A DNA stretch of 64,000 nt from Trichosphaerium sp. ATCC 40318 (lineage: Eukaryota > Protista > Tubulinea). Below, piece after piece: positions 37,749 to 48,539 of the stretch. Every line of letters starts with the position of its first letter. The first letter of the stretch is position 1. Location of the stretch: NCBI GenBank assembly GCA_038496445.1, contig JALMLS010000466.1:124001-188000 (forward strand), given 5' to 3'. Made by a program: the position numbers and the translations under genes. The notes beneath the pieces were generated by a model. The model was not told the DNA's origin and did not search any database. It worked only from the letters and a program-made list of their open reading frames with translations.

Positions 37749-40035
37749 TCACAAAAATAAACCAAGCCCAAATTGTATGTGTGATGTCCTATCAGTACCG
37801 CTTGCGAATATCTTGGGGTGTGTCAATAATAATAAAAAAATTCCACAAAAAAAAGAGTAGTTCGTACTGGTGTTGTAAAATTGAACTCCATTCTGAACTG
37901 TGCCCAATTGTAAATAAGGCCCATTCCAGCTGCGAAACGAGTACCATCAAAAGACTTTGAAATCTCACCTTTTGAATACACCAGTCAGAAAATTTTGAGA
38001 AAAAACAAAGAGGACGCTTACCTGGTCTGAAAGGCACTAAGTTTCCGACTTGTGAAAAGACGTGTGTGCGGATAATACCGAAGTCCTGTGAATGGAATAG
38101 AGGCGCGGAAAGGTGAAATGAAGCAGAGCTATGTACGTTTCCACCCAAGGAATTTGTCCTTTGTTTAGGACCAAGACCTCTAAAATCAAAGCCACGAAAA
38201 TTTAAGTTTGAACCTGAGAAAGTAATTTAGTTGTCATGTCTGACATGATTTTTTTTTTGACTTTCTCACCTCCAACGAAAAATCTATCACTGATGTAGTC
38301 CTTTGCCATTGGTACATTGAGTCCACCTTTGAATAAAAAGTTGAATGCCTAAAAAATATTACATATGGCCTAAGGTACGGTAGTTGAAATAAAGAGTTAC
38401 ATACCCAATAACGTAGTGCATAGTGATAAGTCTCAAGCGGTACATTTGTTTGCCATGACATTTCTTGCTTTAAAAATTTTGCGTTTCCACCAAGTCCTGC
38501 GAGTTCTATTGAATATTGAACGGCATTACCTCGTGTTGGCGCAGTAGAGTCATCACGATCATCATAACCAACTAACAATAGCGTCAGTTTTTTTTTTCGA
38601 AAACTGTTTTTTTTTGGAGGTACACGTGTATTTTAAGCTTGAGCAAATAGAATGTCCGGCTGCTTTGATTATTTCCTGTAAAGGGAAAAAAGTTAGTAGG
38701 CATTATATGGACTTTGTGTTAGAAGGGTTTTAGATTTTTATGTTTTGAAGATTTTTGGTGTTTTTTTGTTACCTCTGTTGCATTTTTACTCGGTTGTACA
38801 TCTCTCCAGCACCTTTTCAATATAGTTAATTTATTGTATGAAATCACTTGATGGGGTATAATACTTACCAGTTGTATTGTAGGTTATGTGAGGTAAGTGA
38901 ACGTGCAACCTCTAAAAACAAAAAAAGTTAAGTAACTCTGTATTGTTAAGTCTACAACATCATACCATCGTTTCTTCGGTTAAATATCCTTGCTTTTTTA
39001 ACACCATATGCTATAGAAGATCCAATGTTTGCTTCTTTATAACCAGAAGTTTCAGTGTACCTAAACAAGAGGTAAGACAAAAAGTTTTCTTAATCATTAT
39101 CACGTGTTCAAAAGGCGTACGATGTTTGTGTTTTGTATGCATTAAAAGTGAGAGAGTCTTTGATTTCAGGTCCAGCATACGAAATCAAAGGGAGATTCAT
39201 ATTAAACTTAGCAAAAAAATCCAATCAGCGACAAGAAGAAGGAAGACAACAAGCAGAAAAGACAAAAAGGAAAAAAAAGAAGGTAAAAAAAAGAGACAAA
39301 TCGTGTCCTAACACTATGTATTGACAACGATAACGTACGTTATAAGTTGTTCCATTCACTAAACTACGTGACAAGGTTCCTTCCATAGTCTCAGCAAGCC
39401 CCCAGAAGTTCAACAAACCAGCTTTGACATCCTGAAGATTTTTTAGTTTCTTTTCTTTAACGAACTGAGTTTAAAGGTTACCATGGTCACTTCACGGTTT
39501 TCTGATGAGTATGATGTATGAATGCTAGGGTTTAGGAACAAAGAGGATGGTGTATACTCGATAAAAATGTAGCAATCGTTTGTGCTACCGTTAGGTATTA
39601 GGTATAGTTTGTACAGTATAAACACAAGCGTACTCTAAGCTTGCTGGCATTTTGGTGTCAATTCGAAATGTTGTGTCGGCAGTGTATGGTAGTTTTGGTG
39701 ATGGTGATAATTGCGCTGAACAAGCGACCGCTAGACCTAATTCTTTCATACGCTCCCTTTTTGACACGTTAGAAATAAATCTGGCAATGAGTTGCGTACA
39801 GAGCTCTTGAAGTGCAATTTATTACACCAGATAGCGTGCTTACATCTGCTGCCTCTATTTTGGTGTGAGTTGGCGTTTATTGTAACTTTTAACCTTCAAA
39901 AATCTTTTCGAATATAAAGTCGTGTGTTCTGGCGTCTACAGTAGACCTTAATTGTACCCCCAGTATTCTTGTTGGTGTTGAGGTCTTACGTGTGAAGTTA
40001 GTATCCACACTTGATTATGAGTACCGTACATCCAT
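37749..40035 (-). CDS. SAMM50: Sam50 (Omp85 family) mitochondrial outer-membrane beta-barrel insertase
   Basis: POTRA-like RMKELGL; NFWGLAET; RDDSTAPTRG..ELAGLGG; FRGF..LGP..LGG; RMEFNF; beta-signal IQFGLGLFL*. Confidence 0.85.
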
Positions 40036-40114
40036 GTGTGGCGCTGGAGTTGCCTTCTCTGTACAAATAAGCGTTACCGATGATTTAAGTCACTAAAAGA
40101 CAGTATTTTGTGTA

Positions 40115-41629
40115 ATGTCTAGCCACAGAGAAGCTATGGAAGACAGGAGTAGAAATTCACGGCGCGATAGGTACATACAGGTTTTTTTAACAGACGCAAA
40201 CCGTTTATGCTACAAAGATCACGTTCGCGAGAGAGGAGGCACCACAGAAGGCGTAGCGATGATGATTCGCGAACAAACAGAAGAGAAAGCCGCAGGCGTC
40301 GCGAACGTTCGGAAGAGCGGACCCGTGATCGCTCAGAGCGCCACAAGCGATCAAGAGACGATTCTTCGCGAAGAAGTGACAAGCGTAGCTCTTCCTCGCG
40401 TGACAGACCAACACGCAATCGTGGCGATACTGAGCGTGAATGGAGGCAAGCGCTTTGACTTTTCATAACATGTCATTAACAGATTGTACAGACACGATAG
40501 ACACGAACGAGACAATGCAGACGGGTCTCATTACCGACGTAGAGATTACCAGAGAAGGAACAACGAGCAAGGCGGATACAGAGGTTATCAGCGTGGAGGG
40601 TACATTATTGCATGCCTTGAGGAAGTGACTTATGTTTGTAAAGGCGTGGCAGAGGAGGCAGAGCGAATAGGGGTAGCGAGCACAACAAAGAAGTTCATCC
40701 AAAGTATCGCAGTGATATATCGTATGATCCTCTTAAAGCTGGTTCTATCGATGGCACAGACACTACACCACATGATCACGCTGTGAGGAGGGCAATGAAA
40801 GCTCACTGTGCGTAGAATTTTTCGATCGAAGTTCAATATGAATGTGTTAACCTTTTTTTTTTGAAGATGTTTGTTCTACAAAAGCGAATGACAGTGACCC
40901 TAAATTGACTCTTTTCGTTGGTAGACTTAGTTTCAAGACAACTGAGGAAACCTTGAAGCAAACTTTTTCTCAGTATGGAGAGATAAAGGCCATACGGTTA
41001 GTCCGTGATGTTGGTACTTAAATGATTTTTTTTGTTTTTTCCGAGATTTCTAGATTCTTTTATTCTAACTTAATGTAGTTACTGGACATCCTAAGGGTTA
41101 TGGTTTTGTGACGTACACTGATAGTAGATCATTTATGCGTGCTTGGGAGGTGAGTGACCTTAATATGGTAAAGACAATGCTAAAAAAGTTCTAGGATGCT
41201 CACAAGTTATTTATTGATGGGAGTCAGGTGATTGTTGACTATGAGAGAGAACGTTCGCTACCTGGGTGGATACCAAGGCGCCAAGGAGGTTAGATATTAA
41301 TTTTATAGTTGTTTTGATTTGTGTAAGGTGGTATTGGTGGTCGAAAAGAATCTGGACAATTAAGGTTTGGGGGCAGGGACAGACCGTTCCGTGAACCGTT
41401 GACACTTGCCATGTACGTTACAATACGATTCTACTATTACTGACTGCAATCTAGGTTCAAGAACAGGCGGCCTAAGAAGCGCAAAAGAACAAAATTTGTA
41501 CAATTGGCATCAACAAATATTGGAACAATTGCACTTGTGAAGCTACCAGGTAGTGACAAAGCAACTCCTGTGCATATGAAAATGATGAGTGATGGTACTT
41601 TTAATAGTGTGTCGTATACAGTCACTTAA
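40115..41629 (+). CDS. SNRNP35: U11/U12 snRNP 35 kDa protein with N-terminal RS/RD-rich extension
   Basis: [22 protein letters not shown]; [11 protein letters not shown]; KGYGFV; [32 protein letters not shown]. Confidence 0.93.
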
Positions 41630-41805
41630 CCAGTGCTTCCTAGGTTTGGAGATTAATCCAACGTGAAAAAACTTCAAGTTTTGATTTTCCTTATGGATTT
41701 GAGTGGATTCTATGCTAAATTTGAGTGAAATTCCCCAGAAATTTGAAGAATTTTGGCGAACACCGAAATCAAACTCATAAAATACAAACAACGAACACAG
41801 CAAAT

Positions 41806-42510
41806 ATGAACGACTTTTACACATCTTTCTTTGGCAGACCTTCCTTCGGTGATCACCCAAGCAACTACATACGCAGGCAATCAAACTTCGATCCCTTTTG
41901 GGATGTGCCCAGACAACCAAGACGACGCGCTTACGCTGTTGATCCATTTACTGGCGAACCTGTTTACGCGCGTAGACGACAATATGAAGATTCTGTAGAC
42001 GAACGAGAAGCTTACAGACAAGCACAAGAAGCAGCTTTACAACGTAAACAAGAAGCTATTAGAAGGCGTAAAGAAGCTTTAAAGCGTCAAAAAGCCGAGG
42101 AAGAAAGGAAACGGGCAATTGCGCTACAACGTTATGAGCAAGCCGCTACTACTATTCAATCTACTTTCAGAGGTTGGCAAACGCGTAGAAAGAATATTTT
42201 AGAGCAGTTGAAGACACTCCGCGATATATCCGATAACGCAAACTCTATTGTTGATAAATACGCTGAAGACTTACTCAGAGTGGAGGAAATAGCGGAACAA
42301 GAGAAATCAATTGAAAATCTATCAAAACGAGACTTGTTGTTACCTAGAGCATTTGAAGAAGAGCTATTGAAACAATTGTTCAGATTAGATGCTATTCAGA
42401 CATTTGGTTGTCCTTTATTACGTAATAGAAGAAAAGAAATTGTTTCTGAATTACAACGGATTTTATCGGATAATGATAGGATTAAAAAGTTGCTTAGTTC
42501 ATTGCAATGA
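41806..42510 (+). CDS. IQ-motif plus BAG-domain co-chaperone (intronless)
   Basis: IQ AATTIQSTFRGWQTRR; BAG EEELLKQLFRLDAI..LRNRRKEIVSELQ. Confidence 0.85.
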   Translation: MNDFYTSFFGRPSFGDHPSNYIRRQSNFDPFWDVPRQPRRRAYAVDPFTGEPVYARRRQYEDSVDEREAYRQAQEAALQRKQEAIRRRKEALKRQKAEEERKRAIALQRYEQAATTIQSTFRGWQTRRKNILEQLKTLRDISDNANSIVDKYAEDLLRVEEIAEQEKSIENLSKRDLLLPRAFEEELLKQLFRLDAIQTFGCPLLRNRRKEIVSELQRILSDNDRIKKLLSSLQ

Positions 42511-42987
42511 AGTGACACAGTATAAAGCTATTGAAAAAAGTTTTTTCTGTCCAACAGAAGAATTATATGTACCATAGAAATAAAATGAACAATAAAAAAA
42601 TGTTGCCTGAAAAAAACCCAAGAATTACCTCAATAAAACCTGGCAGTAACACTATTTAGAGTTAGTGCTAAGCCTGATTTTTAGGATTGTGAACATAGTT
42701 AGACCTCGTGCAACTCTGCAAGCTATCAAGTAGTGTATCCTTATGGAGTATTGTAAGTGCGTATAAGAGCAGAATGTCACGTGCGTGCTACAAATCAGGA
42801 GTGGCCTTTTAACCATAGAGCTAACGTTAAAATAAAATAGAGTACCCTTGTATCGTGCTACTCTGATTTCTTGCAGTTAGTTCTCTAGCAAATATCAAAA
42901 GCTTGATAACGCTTTACTCTTCCAAATGTGGTAAGGAAGGAAAACATAGTACTGATATTGACATTGTTGGTTTTTGCATAAAACGTT

Positions 42988-45900
42988 ATGAACATAGTGG
43001 CGCCTATACTACAGGTAATTCGTTACACCTGTTTTTACTTAAACGAAACAAAAGGCTGCAGGGAATGTCTCCGCTAAGTCTCAGAGTCGATATAATCGCT
43101 CAGAAGGTACTCTGCCTATAAGTAAAGCTGTAGAACTGCAAACTGAGCTGTAAGTAACTAATTTACTAATTACACGACTAAATATGCCTCTGGCGCGCTT
43201 AACTACGCGTAGTATGCGTAGAAATACAATTTTGAGCTTTTACATGTTTCTACTGAGATTAACGCTGCACAAGGTCACAACAACGAGATACAATATGGAG
43301 AGCAATAAAAGAAGGCGACCAACAAAAAGTTGAAGAGCTTGCAGAGCAGAATTTCGAGTAACTTTGTCTGTTTTTTTTTTCAAAGACTAACTTTGTTTGT
43401 AGTGTACTTGGCGTGCGAGTATGTATTGCAAAATTTTAGGTTACCAACACTTACGTATAATACAGGGGTTTGTAGGAGAGACACCTATTCACTTAAGCTT
43501 TTTATACGGTGCGCACATGTTCGACAATGAAATGACTTCTTTGTTTTTTTGAAATGGCATTTTCGCTCAAAGATGGAGTTCCACTCACGTTCAACAAGTA
43601 ACTCTGTTTTAGAGCAAAAAGAAATATGCAAAAGCCTATTGATTAAATATCCGAGTATCATAAATGATAGCTTCACTGGAGTACATTATCGTGGAGAGAA
43701 CTGTCTACATATTGCAATTGTAAAGAAAGACTTTGAGATGGTACAGTTTCTTGTTAAAAGAAGTGGCACACTACTTCGAGGTCGAGCTACTGGAGACTTC
43801 TTTCATATTGGAAAACCATGTTACTATGGGGAGGTATGTTGTAGTAGAATGTAGTCAAGTTGTTAACGGTCATGTGGGATGTTGTGTATCAACCTTTGGT
43901 AACAAATGTATAATCACTCATAGCATTCCATTGTGGTTGACAAATCATTGCAGTATTAGGGACCATACAACTTGGCTTGTATATAATTTTTGACTACATC
44001 ATTCTGGAGCTAACTGTTACTTTGTCTAGTATCCGCTTTTTTTCGCAGCATGCACTAATCAAACGAAAATTGTAAAGTACCTTGTTTATGAAGGAGCGGA
44101 TCTTATGGCTGTAGATTCTCATGGAAATAATATTCTTCATTTAATTGTAATGAATGAGTTAGATGACATGTATGAATTTGTTGATGAGTTACTCAAGCGA
44201 CGACGTGAAACACTAGCAATAGTACACTAACATGTTATTGAGAGTAGCCCGTAATGCCATTTAGACAGACTCATATGTGCCGCTAGATAAGAGAAGAAAT
44301 AAGGAAGACATGACGCCAATGCAGCTTGCAGCAAAAAACGGTTAGCGAGACAACTGGATGAAAGGTCGATTAATGTTGTTTAATAGGTTGTAAGAAGATG
44401 TTTAGTTTTCTTCTTGAGAGAAAGCGGAAAGTTGAATGGGCGTATGGTCCTGTAACATGCTATAAGTATCCTATGGAGGATATCGATACACCCTATGACA
44501 AAAACGAGCGAGGTAAACTTGTTTTAGACGAATCACATCTTCTTCAATGTTGATGACTTGCAGCTTATTTGAGGTATTTTTTAGGTGCTTTACAGTATAT
44601 GGTACAAAATGAAAGATCAGAATTAATAATGATACCAATTATTAACGACCTACTCAAAAAGAAATGGGACACGTAAGATTTAAGACATTTTTCTTATTTT
44701 TTTCTCCTTTTTAGAAAAGTTGTTAGTTACTTGAGGTCTTTGTTTACTAGTACAATATCTCAGTATTTTAACATATTGTAGAATTGTTGGTAACATGTTT
44801 GTTAAACGATTTTTGCTCACGTTGTTATATCTCGTAATTGTACGCCCTTCCCTGGTCTTTTGTTGAGTAGTAATTCTATTTTTTACAGTTTTCTTGTGCT
44901 CTTATTCTACGTGGTTCTTTTAAAGATGGTGAAAGCGCCGTAGAACAAAGTAAACTTATTCAGTGGATCACGTACTTTAGATTTGCGATGGAGGGTGTGC
45001 TAAATTAGGTAGATGCTTTTTGGAGGGATTGGTAGTCGCTGGAGCGGTGTTCAAAGGTTTGTTTGAGACAAACGAAATGATAGCGGACGGATTTGGTACG
45101 TATAAAAACCCGAAGAAGAGCTTTGTGCTAATGTGCTAAATCCATAAGGTAACTATTGGTTACGTCCTGGCGCTTGGTTTCTCGGTAAGTTGTCTTACCT
45201 GGGCTAATATATAAACATCTTTTCTTGTCGTAGAAAATGCATTGAGCACTATGTACTGTGTTTCTATTGTATTTGTTGTGGTGCCTCTTCGTTTATTTGA
45301 CAATGACTATGAAGATGCTGCACGTATGGTATCAGCTATACTCGTTTGGTCTTATTTGTATGTCCAAGTTAAATTGGCATTAGATGGTTGTTGTTTAACT
45401 TGTTTCTTAGATTATTCTTCTTTTTGGGATACCAACTCACTGGTCCTTTTGTTGTCATGTTGTATAAGATGCTGAAATCTGGTTAGTCAGTAGTTTGTTC
45501 CTTTTGTTGATAAGGAATAGATATTTTACGATTCTCTGTTATCTTTGGAGTCTTCCTTTTAGGATTTTCTCAAGGTATGATTGTTTGGCTTTTTTTAATA
45601 TTGTCCTCATCCTTAATGTTTGTAGCATTCTTCTTGGCTTGTGGTGAATCTGGTTTTGTCCAATATGGTACCCGATTGAAACTAAGCATAATGGCTATGT
45701 TGGTACTACACTGGAGGCATTTATTGCGTATATCAATATCGTTTGTTTAGGGAGTATTTGAGGCTGATGAGTATGTTGAAAGCAAGTTCCCTATGTTGTC
45801 TGGTAAGAATTACAATACTCAAAAGGTTTCTAAGTTTCCTAGTATCACTACTGCTAGTGTACATTGTAGTAGTCTCGATATTGCTTCTAAATATGCTGAT

Positions 45901-46774
45901 CGCTATGATGGGTGATACATATACAAATGTCATTGGTGACGCTGATATTCAGTGGCATCTAGAGGTGACTAGATTTCGTTGTTTATTTCTTTCCTATTTT
46001 TTTTGTTTTGCTTTACGAAAACTAAGTTTTGTAGTGGGCTCGCATCATTCTTAGTTTGGAGAATGAGCTTAGTGTTGATGAGAGAAGACTTATAGACAAT
46101 CAATATTGGACTCCTATTGATGGAAAGCCGTACTTATTAGTACAAGAGATAAACAATGACTACTATCATGATGCACACAACGAAAAGGACGATGAGGCTC
46201 TTACTGCGACTGATAAAATGAATTCAAATTCTGAAACCAAAACCCAAAATCTTCAAACAACCAAACCAGATTTACAAAGATCGTAAGCACCAGTGTAGTC
46301 TTTTCTTTGGCTATATTTATTTATTTGAAAAAATCAAGGAAGACACAGTCTCTGAGAGCAAAAAAGAAGAAGAAGAAAGTGAAGTTGAGAAGAGAAGTTT
46401 CATTACCTCCTTTTTTTGGCAGTCCGTACGCCATTGATAGTCACGTGGTGTTTCTAAACAATGATTCAGGGAAAAGCAACGTAGAGTGGTAAAACCGAAG
46501 ACGAAAAGTAAGCCTAAGCTGGTGCAACAACAATCCATAATTCCTCCTTTGGAACAAACGTAAGTTTTTGTTGTTTATATTAAATCATGACAACATAAGG
46601 AAAACGCAAACTCCTAGAAGAAATCCAAAGAGAAAAGTAAATGTGATTAGACAACATGCTTTAAATACACTGGAGAGACGGTAACTTGCTCTTTTTTTTT
46701 TAGATTCCTTACTTAACTATTCAAGGGAACCACGTGTCCGAAAAAGAAATCCAGAAAAGAACGAAACAAAGTGA
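42988..46774 (+). CDS. TRPV-like ankyrin-repeat cation channel (start uncertain)
   Basis: YRGENCLHIAI; ATGDFF..CYYGEYPLFFAAC; DSHGNNILH; WAYGPVTC; LLKKKW; LTGPFVVML; ILLLNMLIAMMGDTY..QWHLEWAR; basic C-terminal exons at 46.3-46.8 kb splice in frame. Confidence 0.88.
43834..44029 (+). other. Highly structured 196-nt intron with Sm-site-like motif
   Basis: ATGTAGTCAA/TTGACTACAT stem; TGGGATGTTGTG/CATAGCATTCCA stem with G-U pairs; GTCAAGTTGT/ACAACTTGGC; AATTTTTG at 43985-43992. Confidence 0.5.
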
Positions 46775-46914
46775 GAAACAAATATTGGAATGGTAGTATT
46801 GTACTTGTTGAGTTATTGTAAAGAGCACAATCTAAGCATAAAAGCAAATAAAGAAAACCGGCATTCTCTGTCATTTCAAACAATAAGGTTTTATTGAACA
46901 AACATTTTACCTTT

Positions 46915-48195
46915 TTATTTATCTTCTATTTGAGGCTCTTTTTCTACTTTACATTTACCACCTTTGTCAACCATGAATGTTTTAATTCGTTCTATAGAAT
47001 CATGTAGCACAGATTGAGCTTCTTTTGGATCAGTAGATACCATATCAAGTGTATACAAAGGTGCTGCTTTATAGCATATCTATAAATTGTATGAGCAAAA
47101 AATAAGCTGCAAACAAATAGTGTAGTAGCCGCTACCGTACATTTATTCTATCATTATCTAGACCTTGTTTAAGAGCTTCTTTTATAATATCAACACCACG
47201 AATATCATAGCTTGTAAGAGATAGCTCAGCAACATACTAACAATTTGATAAGTATGAACAAAGACGCCTATAAAAATATATTACCTTGCGCTCTGTCTTA
47301 CGAAGGCGACGAGTTATCTCTGCCTCGAAGTCTTTCTTGAAAGATGGCTCGAGTTCCAGTGTATCTAGAGCGTTGCTAGCAAAATGCATAAGCTAAAAGA
47401 TAGTGTACGAGGCAATACCTTTTTCCTTGAGCTATTTGATCAAATGCATCGTAAACTCCATCTTCGGACTGCTCGTGTATAGGCCACGCTATTTCTTGGT
47501 ATAATTCAATGAGGGGTTTGTGACATACAGCAGACATGCGATTCAAGATGTTGTGAACCTGGAGGTAAGTCAGAGAGTCAAAATGGCAGTGAGAGAAGAT
47601 AGCAAACGCTTACAGCTCTGGACTTATTATAAATATCGATGCACTCTTCTTTCTCTTCAGGAGTAACATCACGCCTTGTCACGTGAACATAACCTCTGTC
47701 TATAGTAAAAAAACTTAGGACGTTATTGGATCTCATAATAGGGCTTTATAGGTCACGTACGGGTTTCAACAGATGTTACTTTGCAAACATAGTTTTGTCC
47801 TATTCTCAGAATCTAAATATATGAATGTTATTGATGTACTTTCAGAATAGAATTTCTATTTGGTTGTGGACAAAGGATATAGTTAAATCATGCGTGTGGG
47901 TACCTTGTGCAGTGATTTTTTTGTTATTTTACGAGCAATCTCTTTAATTGAGATGTAACATACTACACTGTTATACTAATACGTTGTAAGTGCGTATACA
48001 GTGGTTTTACTCCAAATTACCTCTAATAATTTCCCTTGAGCGCCGCTTTCGTCTACTTCGGCTATTTTAACCATCACTAACTCGTCTACTTCTATACAGA
48101 GATGATTAGGCTCGTTGATGCTAATTAAGCATACCAGGCAATTCTGCCTCGTAGAAACGGCATTCTCCTGGTGTAAATGACTCTTTTGTTGTCAT
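46915..48195 (-). CDS. Divergent full-length eIF2-alpha-like protein (Ser51 equivalent is Ala)
   Basis: CRFYEAELPEVDELVMV; LLEYN; LRIG; RGYVHVTRRDV; IAWP..YDAF; GVDIIKEAL; AAPLY. Confidence 0.88.
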
Positions 48196-48539
48196 AGTTG
48201 CAATAATTAATGAAATTTACTGTAAGTGATGTTTACGTAAACGGCTTTTAGTTCAGCGAAGCAATTAAGTGGGAAAAAAGTAAGAAACTACATTAGCCAC
48301 TGTTAATCTTTTTGAATTTGACGCTTCTTGAGAAAATAAAGAAAAAAAGCCATCACACTGGTTGATACCAAACCAGGTAAAGAGACGCTACCACCTGGAG
48401 GTTTTTTCGTGATTTTATTGCGAAGGTAAACCGTGATAACCACTACACCAAGACGGGTCGCAAGCAAAATGTCAAAAAAAGCAAGAAATCCAGAAAGTGT
48501 CAATAATACAATTTATTTCATGTTTCTTAGATTAATCTA

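Noticed and set aside
47870-47882. ATATCCTTT, a U12 AT-AC donor-like sequence on the minus strand in the eIF2-alpha gene
   Set aside because: It lies inside a GT-AG intron whose removal already gives a colinear protein
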